From Shigella phage SHSML-52-1, in sequence record KX130865: a DNA stretch of 64,000 nucleotides; one strand, 5' to 3'. The position numbers and the translations under genes are program-made. Shown here one piece after another: positions 9,844-18,225 of the stretch. Each line of letters starts with the position of its first letter. Positions within the stretch are counted from its first letter, which is position 1. The notes under the pieces are model-generated. The model made no database searches, had not been told where the DNA came from, and was given only the letters and a program-made list of their open reading frames with translations.

Positions 9844-10560
9844 ATGGGAAAACATAACACAATGAAATATATCAAAGCCGCAGATTTTCAAGCCGCATTT
9901 AAAGCAGTCAATCGTGAAATTTTAGAAAACCCTGAATTCGTAACTGATTCTCGTATTGGACGTTGTAATGAAATTGGGTCTATGACAGTAGTTGTTGACA
10001 CTCCATCATCATTCAAAATGACCGACCCACGTATTAACCGCATCTCTTATGAATACGCCGAAGACTTCTGGAAGTTTATGATTTCTGGTGGTACCAACGC
10101 AGAAGAAGCGTTTAAGGCATATCCTAATGTCGCTAAATTTATTTCTAAACCAAAATCAGATGTTTTGCCGGCGAACTTCAACACTTTCTATGGTCCTCGC
10201 ATTGCGGCCCAATTACCAACTCTTCTAAAAGAACTTAAAGAAAAACCTAACTCTCGAAGAGTTGTGTTCCAAATTCTAGAAAGTTCTGATCAGGCTTTGC
10301 TTGATTCGGACGAAACACTTGAATATCCATGTACTGACTCAGTGACTTATTATATTCGTGATGGTAAGCTTTATACCCACTGCCATATGCGTTCTCAGAA
10401 CTGTGCTGTTGTTATGCAGTTGGATTTTTATCTCCAAGGAAAATTACTTCATTATATCGCTAACGAATGCGGTGTAGAAGTTGGTGATTATACTCATACC
10501 ATGGTAAGTGCCCATGTGTTTGAACGTGATTTTGATTATGTTAAAGGATTCCTTGACTAA
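9844..10560 (+). CDS. 42: dCMP hydroxymethylase gp42 (thymidylate-synthase fold)
   Basis: 238 aa; PNSRRVVF and CTDSVTYYIRDGKLYTHCHMRSQN match the TS/dCMP-HMase active-site region (catalytic Cys). Confidence 0.85.
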   Translation: MGKHNTMKYIKAADFQAAFKAVNREILENPEFVTDSRIGRCNEIGSMTVVVDTPSSFKMTDPRINRISYEYAEDFWKFMISGGTNAEEAFKAYPNVAKFISKPKSDVLPANFNTFYGPRIAAQLPTLLKELKEKPNSRRVVFQILESSDQALLDSDETLEYPCTDSVTYYIRDGKLYTHCHMRSQNCAVVMQLDFYLQGKLLHYIANECGVEVGDYTHTMVSAHVFERDFDYVKGFLD

Positions 10561-11459
10561 TGGCTATTTTCCGCGTACCAATCTTGAGTATGCGGTCTTA
10601 TGAAACTGGACAGTATGCTATCCTTAAGGATGGCAACTTCCAACTTCATTTGCACCGTGCTAATCCAGGTGATGTGATTACATATCCACGTAATGCATCT
10701 GATATTAAAGAATGTGAACGTCTTTTCCCGGAATTTAAGTTTGTTCCATTATGGTATAAAGATAACGCGTATAACACTCGTAAATATTTCTGGTCTGAAA
10801 ATGAATTTGTGGTTGATTCATTAATTGCTTATTATGATTGTGATTTTCTAATAACAGATATCACTGGATATGACGGCGCTTTTGATGTAGAATTCAATTT
10901 CAATATCACGGCAGACCCTAATAAACCACGTTTTTATATTGACGAATTCTTAAAAACCGATATGTTGTCAGTTAATCGTTCACTTCAAACTACTGTGTTG
11001 AATGAACGTCAAAAGGAAGTGCTGGTTAAAGCCGGTGCAGATGGTAATAAGATTATCGTAACGCAGAAAGTTATACGTCCTTCCATCATGCAGCGTCTTG
11101 TAGGTGATTTGACTCCTATTCATGTAGATGGTATTTTTCATCCATTTCGAATTAGTGATCCGTGTTATCATTTTGAACAAGTGGTTGAATGTGCAATTCA
11201 ATTAGGTCAACCACTTTATATAACCGATCCAAATAATAGCTTCGACAGAAATAAGTATCCTGAAGAAGCGCTGATTCGAATTTTTAAACCAACTAAAACT
11301 GAGTACTATCAAATTCTTAAAGGACGCCCGAAGATTCAATATTTCGAAAATCCTGAAGAAGTATTCCATCCAGGTCTTGGTGAGTTCATCTACTTTAATG
11401 CTTTAATTTCTTCGCCGTATAATATACCTAAATACGAAGATGTCGTAATCGAGGAATAA
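10560..11459 (+). CDS. hypothetical protein at the T4 beta-glucosyltransferase position; candidate hmC-DNA glycosyltransferase
   Basis: 299 aa, TAATG-coupled to gene 42; no family recognised by eye; function inferred from synteny only. Confidence 0.45.
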   Translation: MAIFRVPILSMRSYETGQYAILKDGNFQLHLHRANPGDVITYPRNASDIKECERLFPEFKFVPLWYKDNAYNTRKYFWSENEFVVDSLIAYYDCDFLITDITGYDGAFDVEFNFNITADPNKPRFYIDEFLKTDMLSVNRSLQTTVLNERQKEVLVKAGADGNKIIVTQKVIRPSIMQRLVGDLTPIHVDGIFHPFRISDPCYHFEQVVECAIQLGQPLYITDPNNSFDRNKYPEEALIRIFKPTKTEYYQILKGRPKIQYFENPEEVFHPGLGEFIYFNALISSPYNIPKYEDVVIEE

Positions 11460-11460
11460 A

Positions 11461-12009
11461 ATGGCTAAAATTATTTTAGTAGATGGCCCGGATAATGCCG
11501 GTAAAACAACTTTCATTAATGACATAATGGAAATTAGTGAAAGATATGTAAAGATTGATTTCCCTAAACGAACAGTTGATGGACGTTTCGATGTTAAGTC
11601 TCGAAATGAAGTTGGTTGTTTCGAAACGATGTTGAATTATTTAGACCCTACTAAGATTTATCTGTTAGACCGTGGATATATTAGTAACTGGGTTTATGGA
11701 CGTATTCGACAAGATGCGGACTCTGTTCTTGATGTTTATGAGCAGGATTATGTTCGTCTTTGTCAAAACCATGATGTGTTCACAATTATTTTAACACGTA
11801 ACGAAATGACTGAAAGTTTTGAAGACGACCTTATTACTTTGTCTTCATTCGGTTTTAATACAGTCATTTCACATTTTGAAGAGTTTGCAATTCATAACAA
11901 AATCCAAACATATCAATTACTTAATCATGATGGTGCTAACAAAGTTATAGGATTTAATGCAAGCGAACGTAATAATTTGATTACAGAAATCATTAAATGG
12001 GCTCGTTAA
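11461..12009 (+). CDS. P-loop kinase (thymidylate/deoxynucleoside-kinase-like)
   Basis: 182 aa; Walker A VDGPDNAGKTT and LLDRGY motif resembling the TMK/dNK DRx motif. Confidence 0.55.
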   Translation: MAKIILVDGPDNAGKTTFINDIMEISERYVKIDFPKRTVDGRFDVKSRNEVGCFETMLNYLDPTKIYLLDRGYISNWVYGRIRQDADSVLDVYEQDYVRLCQNHDVFTIILTRNEMTESFEDDLITLSSFGFNTVISHFEEFAIHNKIQTYQLLNHDGANKVIGFNASERNNLITEIIKWAR

Positions 12010-12107
12010 GAGCCATTTAAAGTTTTAAATGCTGTATAACTCTTAGTATATAATCATCTTATCTTTTAAACATGAGTAAAATATAATGATGCCTATGGAA
12101 AAATACA

Positions 12108-13280
12108 ATGTCTGATTTAAAATCTCGTCTGATTAAAGCTTCTACTTCTAAAATGACTGCAGACTTGACTAAGTCTAAGCTGTTTAATAATCGCGATGAA
12201 GTCCCTACTCGTATTCCGATGTTGAATATTGCATTAGGTGGTGCACTGAATGCCGGGTTGCAATCAGGCTTAACTATTTTTGCTGCTCCTTCTAAACACT
12301 TTAAAACGTTGTTTGGGCTGACCATGGTTGCAGCATATATGAAGAAATATAAAGATGCAATCTGTTTGTTTTATGACTCAGAATTCGGTGCTTCAGAATC
12401 TTATTTTCGTTCAATGGGTGTTGATTTAGACCGTGTAGTTCATACTCCGATTCAATCTGTCGAACAACTTAAAGTTGATATGACTAATCAGCTTGACGCG
12501 ATTGAACGCGGTGATAAAGTTATTATCTTTATCGATTCAATCGGTAATACTGCATCTAAGAAAGAAACCGAAGATGCGTTGAACGAGAAAGTTGTAGGTG
12601 ATATGTCTCGTGCTAAGGCACTTAAATCTCTGTTCCGCATTGTGACTCCTTATCTGACTATTAAAGATATTCCATGTGTTGCAATCAACCATACAGCAAT
12701 GGAAATCGGCGGACTATATCCTAAAGAGATTATGGGTGGTGGTACAGGTATTCTTTATTCTGCCAACACGGTATTTTTTATCTCTAAACGTCAGGTTAAA
12801 GAAGGTACAGAATTGACCGGTTATGACTTCACGTTGAAAGCGGAAAAATCTCGTACAGTTAAAGAGAAATCTACTTTCCCGATCACGGTTAATTTTGATG
12901 GCGGTATTGACCCATTCAGTGGCTTGTTAGAAATGGCAACTGAAATTGGTTTTGTAGTTAAGCCTAAAGCCGGGTGGTATGCTCGTGAATTCCTTGACGA
13001 AGAAACAGGCGAAATGATTCGTGAAGAGAAATCATGGCGTGCTAAAGCTACCGATTGTGTAGAATTCTGGGGACCTTTGTTTAAACATAAGCCTTTCCGA
13101 GATGCAATTGAAACTAAATATAAACTAGGTGCTATCTCTTCTATTAAAGAAGTTGATGACGCTGTTAACGACCTTATTAATTGCAAAGCAACAACTAAAG
13201 TTCCGGTTAAAGCTTCTGATGCTCCGTCTGCAGCAGATATAGAAAACGACCTTGACGAAATGGAAGATTTCGATGAATAA
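12108..13280 (+). CDS. uvsX: UvsX recombinase (RecA-like)
   Basis: 390 aa; N-terminus MSDLKSRLIKASTSK and overall sequence match T4 UvsX; acidic C-terminal tail. Confidence 0.95.
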   Translation: MSDLKSRLIKASTSKMTADLTKSKLFNNRDEVPTRIPMLNIALGGALNAGLQSGLTIFAAPSKHFKTLFGLTMVAAYMKKYKDAICLFYDSEFGASESYFRSMGVDLDRVVHTPIQSVEQLKVDMTNQLDAIERGDKVIIFIDSIGNTASKKETEDALNEKVVGDMSRAKALKSLFRIVTPYLTIKDIPCVAINHTAMEIGGLYPKEIMGGGTGILYSANTVFFISKRQVKEGTELTGYDFTLKAEKSRTVKEKSTFPITVNFDGGIDPFSGLLEMATEIGFVVKPKAGWYAREFLDEETGEMIREEKSWRAKATDCVEFWGPLFKHKPFRDAIETKYKLGAISSIKEVDDAVNDLINCKATTKVPVKASDAPSAADIENDLDEMEDFDE

Positions 13281-13614
13281 TCTCGATGATTTAAATCTAG
13301 AAATCGTTGATGAATCCCCTTCTTCGGAAGGGGAAGACATTCGCAAAGAACGAGTGTTTAATGAATCTCTTAAAATTATCCGTTCAGCAATGGAAAATGT
13401 CATTCAAGAGATTCTGATTACACTTGAAGACGGTTCTCATCATATAGTCTATATTACAAAACTAGACTGGGTTGATGGTAAAATCGTAATGGACTTTGCA
13501 GTTCTTGACCAGGACAGAAAAGCAGAACTTGCACCACATGTTGAAAAATGTGTTACAATGCAAATACAACAAGCTTTTAATGAACGGACCAAGAAAAAAT
13601 TTAAATTCTTTTAA
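13273..13614 (+). CDS. 40: small protein at the gene 40 position
   Basis: ATG 13273 overlaps the uvsX stop; track start 13252 is a TTG; assignment by synteny (uvsX-40-41). Confidence 0.5.
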   Translation: MNNLDDLNLEIVDESPSSEGEDIRKERVFNESLKIIRSAMENVIQEILITLEDGSHHIVYITKLDWVDGKIVMDFAVLDQDRKAELAPHVEKCVTMQIQQAFNERTKKKFKFF

Positions 13615-13623
13615 GGAGTTATC

Positions 13624-15066
13624 GTGGTAGAAATTATTTTGTCTCATCTAGTATATGACCAGGCTTATTTTTCTAAGGTCTGGCCTTATATGGATTCTGA
13701 GTATTTTGAGCGTGGACCGGCAAAAAACGTCTTTAAAATTATAAAGAGCCACGTTAACGAATATAATGCAATGCCATCTATCAATGCATTAAAGGTGGCT
13801 TTAGATAACAGTTCTTTAACTGAAGCCGAATATAAAGGAACTTCAGACCTAATTGAAAAATTGGCTGATACTCCTGAAGACCACGAATGGTTGGTTAAAG
13901 AAACTGAGAAATATGTCCAGCAAAAAGCGATGTATAATGCTACGTCCAAAATCATTGAGATTCAGTCTAATGCTGAACTACCTCCAGAACAACGTAACAA
14001 GAAAATGCCTGACGTAGGAGCTATTCCTGATATTATGCGTCAAGCACTTTCAATTTCGTTTGATAGTTATGTTGGGCATGACTGGATGGAAGACTATGAA
14101 GCACGCTGGCTTTCTTATCTGAACAAAGCACGTAAGGTCCCGTTCAAATTAAACATTTTGAATAAAATCACTAAAGGTGGTGCTGAAACCGGTACACTGA
14201 ATGTTTTAATGGCCGGTGTTAACGTCGGCAAATCTTTAGGCCTTTGTTCACTTGCTGCAGATTATCTTCAAACAGGACATAATGTTCTTTATATTTCCAT
14301 GGAAATGGCTGAAGAAGTTTGTGCTAAGCGTATAGATGCAAACATGCTTGACGTATCACTCGATGATATCGATGATGGTAACGTATCTTATGCTGAATAT
14401 AAAGCCAAGATGGAAAAATGGCGTTCAAAAACAACATTAGGACGTTTAGTAGTTAAACAGTATCCTACCGGTGGAGCTAATGCTAATACATTTCGTGCAT
14501 TGCTTAATGAATTGAAACTCAAGAAGAACTTTGTGCCATCTGTAATCATGGTTGATTACTTAGGTATTTGTGGGTCTTGTCGTATCAGAGTTTACACTGA
14601 AAATAGTTACACATTAGTTAAAGCTATCGCAGAAGAACTTCGTGCATTAGCAGTAGAATCTGAAACAGTTCTATGGACTGCAGCTCAAGTAGGACGTGCA
14701 GCATGGGATGCTTCAGACATGAACATGAGTGATATCGCAGAATCAGCAGGTTTACCAGCAACGGCAGATTTCATGTTGGCTGTAATTGAAACTGAAGAAC
14801 TTGCACAAGCTGAACAACAACTTATCAAACAAATCAAATCACGATACGGTGATAAGAATAAGTGGAATAAATTCCTGATGGGTGTACGTAAAGGCAATCA
14901 GAAATGGGTTGAGATTGAGCAAGAAGGCATGAACACACCTAACACAGTAAATGAAAACGCAGGTGCTCAGATGCGTCAGGCAGAGGTGAATCGTACGGAA
15001 CGCGTAGGTAAAGCCAAAGCAACACGTGCTGACCTAGATAGCTTAGCCAACGAGTTAAAATTTTAA
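13624..15066 (+). CDS. 41: replicative DNA helicase gp41 (DnaB family)
   Basis: 480 aa, GTG start after AAGGAG; near-identical to recalled T4 gp41 (MVEIILSHL…, GVNVGKSLGL Walker A). Confidence 0.95.
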   Translation: MVEIILSHLVYDQAYFSKVWPYMDSEYFERGPAKNVFKIIKSHVNEYNAMPSINALKVALDNSSLTEAEYKGTSDLIEKLADTPEDHEWLVKETEKYVQQKAMYNATSKIIEIQSNAELPPEQRNKKMPDVGAIPDIMRQALSISFDSYVGHDWMEDYEARWLSYLNKARKVPFKLNILNKITKGGAETGTLNVLMAGVNVGKSLGLCSLAADYLQTGHNVLYISMEMAEEVCAKRIDANMLDVSLDDIDDGNVSYAEYKAKMEKWRSKTTLGRLVVKQYPTGGANANTFRALLNELKLKKNFVPSVIMVDYLGICGSCRIRVYTENSYTLVKAIAEELRALAVESETVLWTAAQVGRAAWDASDMNMSDIAESAGLPATADFMLAVIETEELAQAEQQLIKQIKSRYGDKNKWNKFLMGVRKGNQKWVEIEQEGMNTPNTVNENAGAQMRQAEVNRTERVGKAKATRADLDSLANELKF

Positions 15067-15070
15067 TAAA

Positions 15071-15090
15071 AAGGAGACTTCGGTCTCCTT
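15071..15090 (+). terminator. rho-independent terminator after gene 41 (AAGGAGAC-UUCG-GUCUCCUU)
   Basis: Perfect 8-bp stem with UUCG loop directly after the gene 41 stop. Confidence 0.65.
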
Positions 15091-15095
15091 TCGGG

Positions 15096-15125
15096 GTTTA
15101 CATCTTCCTCTAGGCATGATATGAT
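15096..15125 (+). promoter_or_regulatory. early promoter (-35 GTTTAC 15096-15101, -10 TATGAT near 15120)
   Basis: T4 early-promoter-like -35 immediately after the terminator, upstream of ORF 15155. Confidence 0.4.
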
Positions 15126-15154
15126 GAACTTACACCAACCAAGAGGAAAACATT

Positions 15155-15529
15155 ATGAATATGTCTCAAGCAATTTTTACTGCAATCACCGAAAACACAA
15201 CTGTTGAAGTAGTTTCTCCGCTGGCAACCTACGTTATTCTTGCTCCTAAAACTATTGTATCTCGTATGGAAAACATGGGCAAACGTATCGTACAAATAGT
15301 TGGAGCTGGAAATCAAAAACTTGATTATCTACGAACCATCAAAGCTTATGAACATTTCCAACTCGAAAAAGGTTCTCCTATCCAGGTAGAACTCGTAAAT
15401 GGTGATATCGTTCGAGCAATGTTCCATCATTTCTATGCGTTGAATGACCCATCTAAAGCGGTTCGTTTAATTGCATACGACGCAAACCAAAACGAAATCA
15501 ATGCAGATATATCTAAATTACGTTTTTAA
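15155..15529 (+). CDS. hypothetical early protein (124 aa)
   Basis: Track ORF with RBS AAGAGGAAAA; no family recognised. Confidence 0.55.
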   Translation: MNMSQAIFTAITENTTVEVVSPLATYVILAPKTIVSRMENMGKRIVQIVGAGNQKLDYLRTIKAYEHFQLEKGSPIQVELVNGDIVRAMFHHFYALNDPSKAVRLIAYDANQNEINADISKLRF

Positions 15530-15578
15530 GTTTACTTCTCCAGTAGTTGTGTTATTATAGACCTATCAACTACTGGAG
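15530..15578 (+). promoter_or_regulatory. PeSL-type cassette: early promoter with 12-bp inverted repeat (CTCCAGTAGTTG / CAACTACTGGAG)
   Basis: -35 GTTTAC 15530-15535, -10 TATTAT 15553-15558 inside the loop; downstream arm contains the RBS GGAG of ORF 15585. Confidence 0.55.
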
Positions 15579-15584
15579 AACAAA

Positions 15585-15902
15585 ATGAAAACCATCGATT
15601 GTAAAGCAGAATTTAAGATTTTTTATCACGGTTCAAGTAGTTCAGCTAACATCGAAAACATGCTTTGTCCTCCTGAAGAAACAGGAGTTCTGTCTGAAAC
15701 TGGACGTAAGAAAAACTTGAATCGTGTATTCTTTACTGAAGATATCGGTTTAGCAAAGATTTATGCAGGACGAGCAGCACGCTCTTATGGAGGTGAACCA
15801 CGTCTCTATCGAGTAATTTCTCCGGTAGACGTAGTTCAAATGAATGATACTAAAGGTGCTACAGTTTATCACGCTGAATGGGCCTTCTGTGAGGAAATCT
15901 AA
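15585..15902 (+). CDS. hypothetical early protein (105 aa)
   Basis: Track ORF directly downstream of a PeSL promoter; no family recognised. Confidence 0.55.
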   Translation: MKTIDCKAEFKIFYHGSSSSANIENMLCPPEETGVLSETGRKKNLNRVFFTEDIGLAKIYAGRAARSYGGEPRLYRVISPVDVVQMNDTKGATVYHAEWAFCEEI

Positions 15903-15909
15903 AATGGAA
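15891..15909 (+). repeat. 19-bp junction repeat GAGGAAATCTAAAATGGAA (copy 1)
   Basis: Identical 19-mer spans stop and next start at two consecutive gene junctions (second copy 16096-16114). Confidence 0.6.
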
Positions 15910-16107
15910 AATATGGCTAAAGTGTTGTTTATTGGTTGGTTTGAAAATGGGAATATGTTTACCAAAGAAGTTACCATGGACGTGTCTGATAAAGACCAAA
16001 TCCTATGGGCCACTTCTCAATTTGCTGAAGTAAATAAAGCTTTAGTTGAAGCATTTGTTGATGATAAGAAAGTTTTTGAATCCGATTGGCGTAAAGAGGA
16101 AATCTAA
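15904..16107 (+). CDS. hypothetical early protein (67 aa)
   Basis: ATG 15904 one nt after the upstream stop; track ORF 15844-16107 in the same frame. Confidence 0.45.
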   Translation: MENMAKVLFIGWFENGNMFTKEVTMDVSDKDQILWATSQFAEVNKALVEAFVDDKKVFESDWRKEEI

Positions 16108-16114
16108 AATGGAA
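16096..16114 (+). repeat. 19-bp junction repeat GAGGAAATCTAAAATGGAA (copy 2)
   Basis: Second identical copy at the next gene junction. Confidence 0.6.
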
Positions 16115-16249
16115 GAAGTAGAATGTGTAGTGTGTGGTTGTAGCGTCTATGAAGACGAAGCTGTTTTCGATGCATATGATAATGCGACTTGTTTAGACTG
16201 CGACCGTGAATCTGAAGAACATGCTTACGAGCATGAAGACGAGGAATAA
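16109..16249 (+). CDS. small acidic zinc-ribbon-like protein (46 aa)
   Basis: CVVCGC…CLDC cysteine pairs plus acidic tail; ATG 16109 within track ORF 16046-16249. Confidence 0.45.
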   Translation: MEEVECVVCGCSVYEDEAVFDAYDNATCLDCDRESEEHAYEHEDEE

Positions 16250-16261
16250 AATAAAATAATT

Positions 16262-16303
16262 GTTTACAGGGGTCTATGGTAGTGATACTATAGACCTATC
16301 AAC
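16262..16303 (+). promoter_or_regulatory. PeSL-type early promoter (GTTTAC 16262-16267; inverted repeat GGTCTAT / ATAGACC)
   Basis: Contains the recurrent TATAGACCTATCAAC core found at seven plus-strand junctions. Confidence 0.5.
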
Positions 16304-16319
16304 TATAGAGGAAATTGAA

Positions 16320-16688
16320 ATGAAAAAATTAATCGCTTTAGCAATGGTATTTGGATTAACCGGATGTGGTGCTCATGGCTTTATCCCTAATAACGTTGGC
16401 CAACTGATTTACAATCCGAATGTTAAACAGTATGACCAACCTAAAGTTGAAGTGGAAGACCCGGTTACTGTAGGTAATCGAATGATTCAAGCTGATGCTC
16501 ATGCTCAACGTTATCGTGACTCTGATACTGTAGCTATGTCAAAAGAACAACGCGTTAAAGAACATTGTCTACAGGCTACTGAAATCGCATTTATTCGCTA
16601 TGTTGAAACAACTGGTAAAGAGCCTACCCAGAAACAAATCGCGAATAACTACGTCCAGTGTATTGAACGTTTAAACAAATTTAATTAA
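16320..16688 (+). CDS. putative lipoprotein
   Basis: Signal peptide with lipobox (MKKLIALAMVFGLTGC); ATG 16320 with RBS AGAGGAAATTGAA; track ORF 16260 begins at an upstream TTG. Confidence 0.55.
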   Translation: MKKLIALAMVFGLTGCGAHGFIPNNVGQLIYNPNVKQYDQPKVEVEDPVTVGNRMIQADAHAQRYRDSDTVAMSKEQRVKEHCLQATEIAFIRYVETTGKEPTQKQIANNYVQCIERLNKFN

Positions 16689-16749
16689 TTGGTTTACACC
16701 AAAGTTAAACCAAGATACTATAAACATAACAAATCAAGAGGAAATTAAC

Positions 16750-16998
16750 ATGGAATTATTCGTGGCTAGTTCAGTAGCAGTTTTAATCGCAGGTATTGGT
16801 TCAATCATCATTTACATGTTGCCTTGGGTAATCGCACTTATTCGTGGCACAAAAAGCACAACAGCAATCTTCTTTGTATCTTTACTCTTTAACTGGACGA
16901 TGGTTGGTTGGATTGGAACTTTAATTTGGTCTATCGTTGCCGAAAAGAAATCGGCTCAGCAGCCTCAACAAGTAATTATTATTCGCGAAAAAGAATAA
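16750..16998 (+). CDS. imm: superinfection immunity (Imm)-like membrane protein
   Basis: 82 aa, two TM segments, motif LPWVIALIRG…WTMVGWIGTLIW resembling the Imm_superinfect family. Confidence 0.5.
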   Translation: MELFVASSVAVLIAGIGSIIIYMLPWVIALIRGTKSTTAIFFVSLLFNWTMVGWIGTLIWSIVAEKKSAQQPQQVIIIREKE

Positions 16999-17002
16999 AC
17001 TT

Positions 17003-17041
17003 GTTTACATTATAGATGGACTATAGTATAGTAGTCCTATC
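17003..17041 (+). promoter_or_regulatory. PeSL-type early promoter (GTTTAC 17003-17008; inverted repeat GGACTA / TAGTCC)
   Basis: Variant core ATAGTAGTCCTATCAAA shared with cassettes at 37980, 38492 and 58821. Confidence 0.5.
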
Positions 17042-17061
17042 AAATCAACTAAGGAGTTAAA

Positions 17062-17355
17062 ATGAAAAAGTTATCATTGGCAGCAATCCTACTTGCAGTA
17101 TCATGTGCACCAGCTCCAGTTACAGCAGGTTATGATAAAGACCTCTGTGAGTGGTCAATGACTGCAAATCAAGAAGATGTTGAACAACAAATCTTCTCTG
17201 ATATCATGAACATCACTAAACGAGACCGTCCTAATATGGTTAATAAAGTTGTTGAACAACTTAAGTCTGGCGGTATCATGCAGTACAACTATGTTTTGTA
17301 TTGTGACCCTAATTTCGATAACAAAGATATCGTAACCGAAATCACAGGTGAATAA
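17062..17355 (+). CDS. sp: spackle-like periplasmic protein
   Basis: 97 aa with signal peptide; GYDKDLCEWSMTA…GGIMQYNYVLYCD resembles T4 Sp as recalled. Confidence 0.55.
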   Translation: MKKLSLAAILLAVSCAPAPVTAGYDKDLCEWSMTANQEDVEQQIFSDIMNITKRDRPNMVNKVVEQLKSGGIMQYNYVLYCDPNFDNKDIVTEITGE

Positions 17356-17356
17356 T

Positions 17357-18007
17357 ATGATTTATTATATGCACAAAAACGCGCCATTTAAATATGGTAA
17401 ATTTCCTAATGCACAATGTTATAATATAACGCCGAATGAAAATAATAACGGATATCATATTGGTGTAATTTTTGTAATTGTTAAAGATAACGAAATCGTC
17501 GCCTGGGCAGATTTTAAAGGTACAACATATGATGTTAATCCAGTGCCTTTCACATATTATAATTTAATGGATTTGGCATACGACTATAATTGGTTTACTC
17601 ATGATACTCTAGCACATGTTGAAGGCGTAGGATTTGACATCTCTTATTCTAGCTATTCATTATGTCCTATGAGCCGAGCTCACGGTAAAGATGTATCATA
17701 TCTTTCAATTCGGAAACGTGTAAACTTCAAACGTAGTACAGAGTATGTTGGTGGACTCTTTGTTAAAGATAATAAAATAACCCGTATTAGTTATCCTTTA
17801 AGTGTAGGTCAAAAAGATGTTGATGTTGATTTAGACTTAACTGAAAATAACATTAATCATATTGCTTCTGTATATTTTGATATCGATGAAAAAATTGTAG
17901 TGTGTGGATACGAATTACCACCTGAAGAAAAGGATGAAACAATTGAAGTCGAATTAGAAATTTCTGTTGATGACCAAATATTTAATGCATTTATGAATCG
18001 AGGTTAA
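17357..18007 (+). CDS. hypothetical protein (216 aa)
   Basis: Track ORF (GTG 17348); ATG 17357 follows the sp stop; no family recognised. Confidence 0.55.
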   Translation: MIYYMHKNAPFKYGKFPNAQCYNITPNENNNGYHIGVIFVIVKDNEIVAWADFKGTTYDVNPVPFTYYNLMDLAYDYNWFTHDTLAHVEGVGFDISYSSYSLCPMSRAHGKDVSYLSIRKRVNFKRSTEYVGGLFVKDNKITRISYPLSVGQKDVDVDLDLTENNINHIASVYFDIDEKIVVCGYELPPEEKDETIEVELEISVDDQIFNAFMNRG

Positions 18008-18008
18008 A

Positions 18009-18206
18009 ATGACTACTGCAATTTGCACTGGTTCTAAAATTAGTGTTTTTACAAGTTTTGAAGATTATGAAGTTGTTTCAAAACACCAATGCCATATTAG
18101 CGTAAAAGCTAATGACGGTGTAATTTGGAATATTCCACAGTATGAAGGCACTACATACGAAGTCACAGATATAAATGGTGACAAAGCAATCTTTGTAATT
18201 GATTAA
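18009..18206 (+). CDS. hypothetical protein (65 aa)
   Basis: Track ORF, start 1 nt after the upstream stop. Confidence 0.45.
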   Translation: MTTAICTGSKISVFTSFEDYEVVSKHQCHISVKANDGVIWNIPQYEGTTYEVTDINGDKAIFVID

Positions 18207-18225
18207 ATATACTCAGGAGGTACCT

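Noticed and set aside
12000-12054. Hairpin GGCTC-GTTAA-GAGCC over the stop of the P-loop kinase gene and a possible uvsX promoter (TATAAT 12049-12054)
   Set aside because: Stem is only 5 bp with a mismatch-prone extension and the upstream box (TGCTGTA) deviates from the MotA consensus; too weak to call.
15585-15902. Possible ADP-ribosyltransferase-like H-G-S motif (FYHGSSS) in the 105-aa early protein
   Set aside because: The protein is too short for the fold and no downstream Tyr/Glu pattern could be aligned by eye; left as hypothetical.
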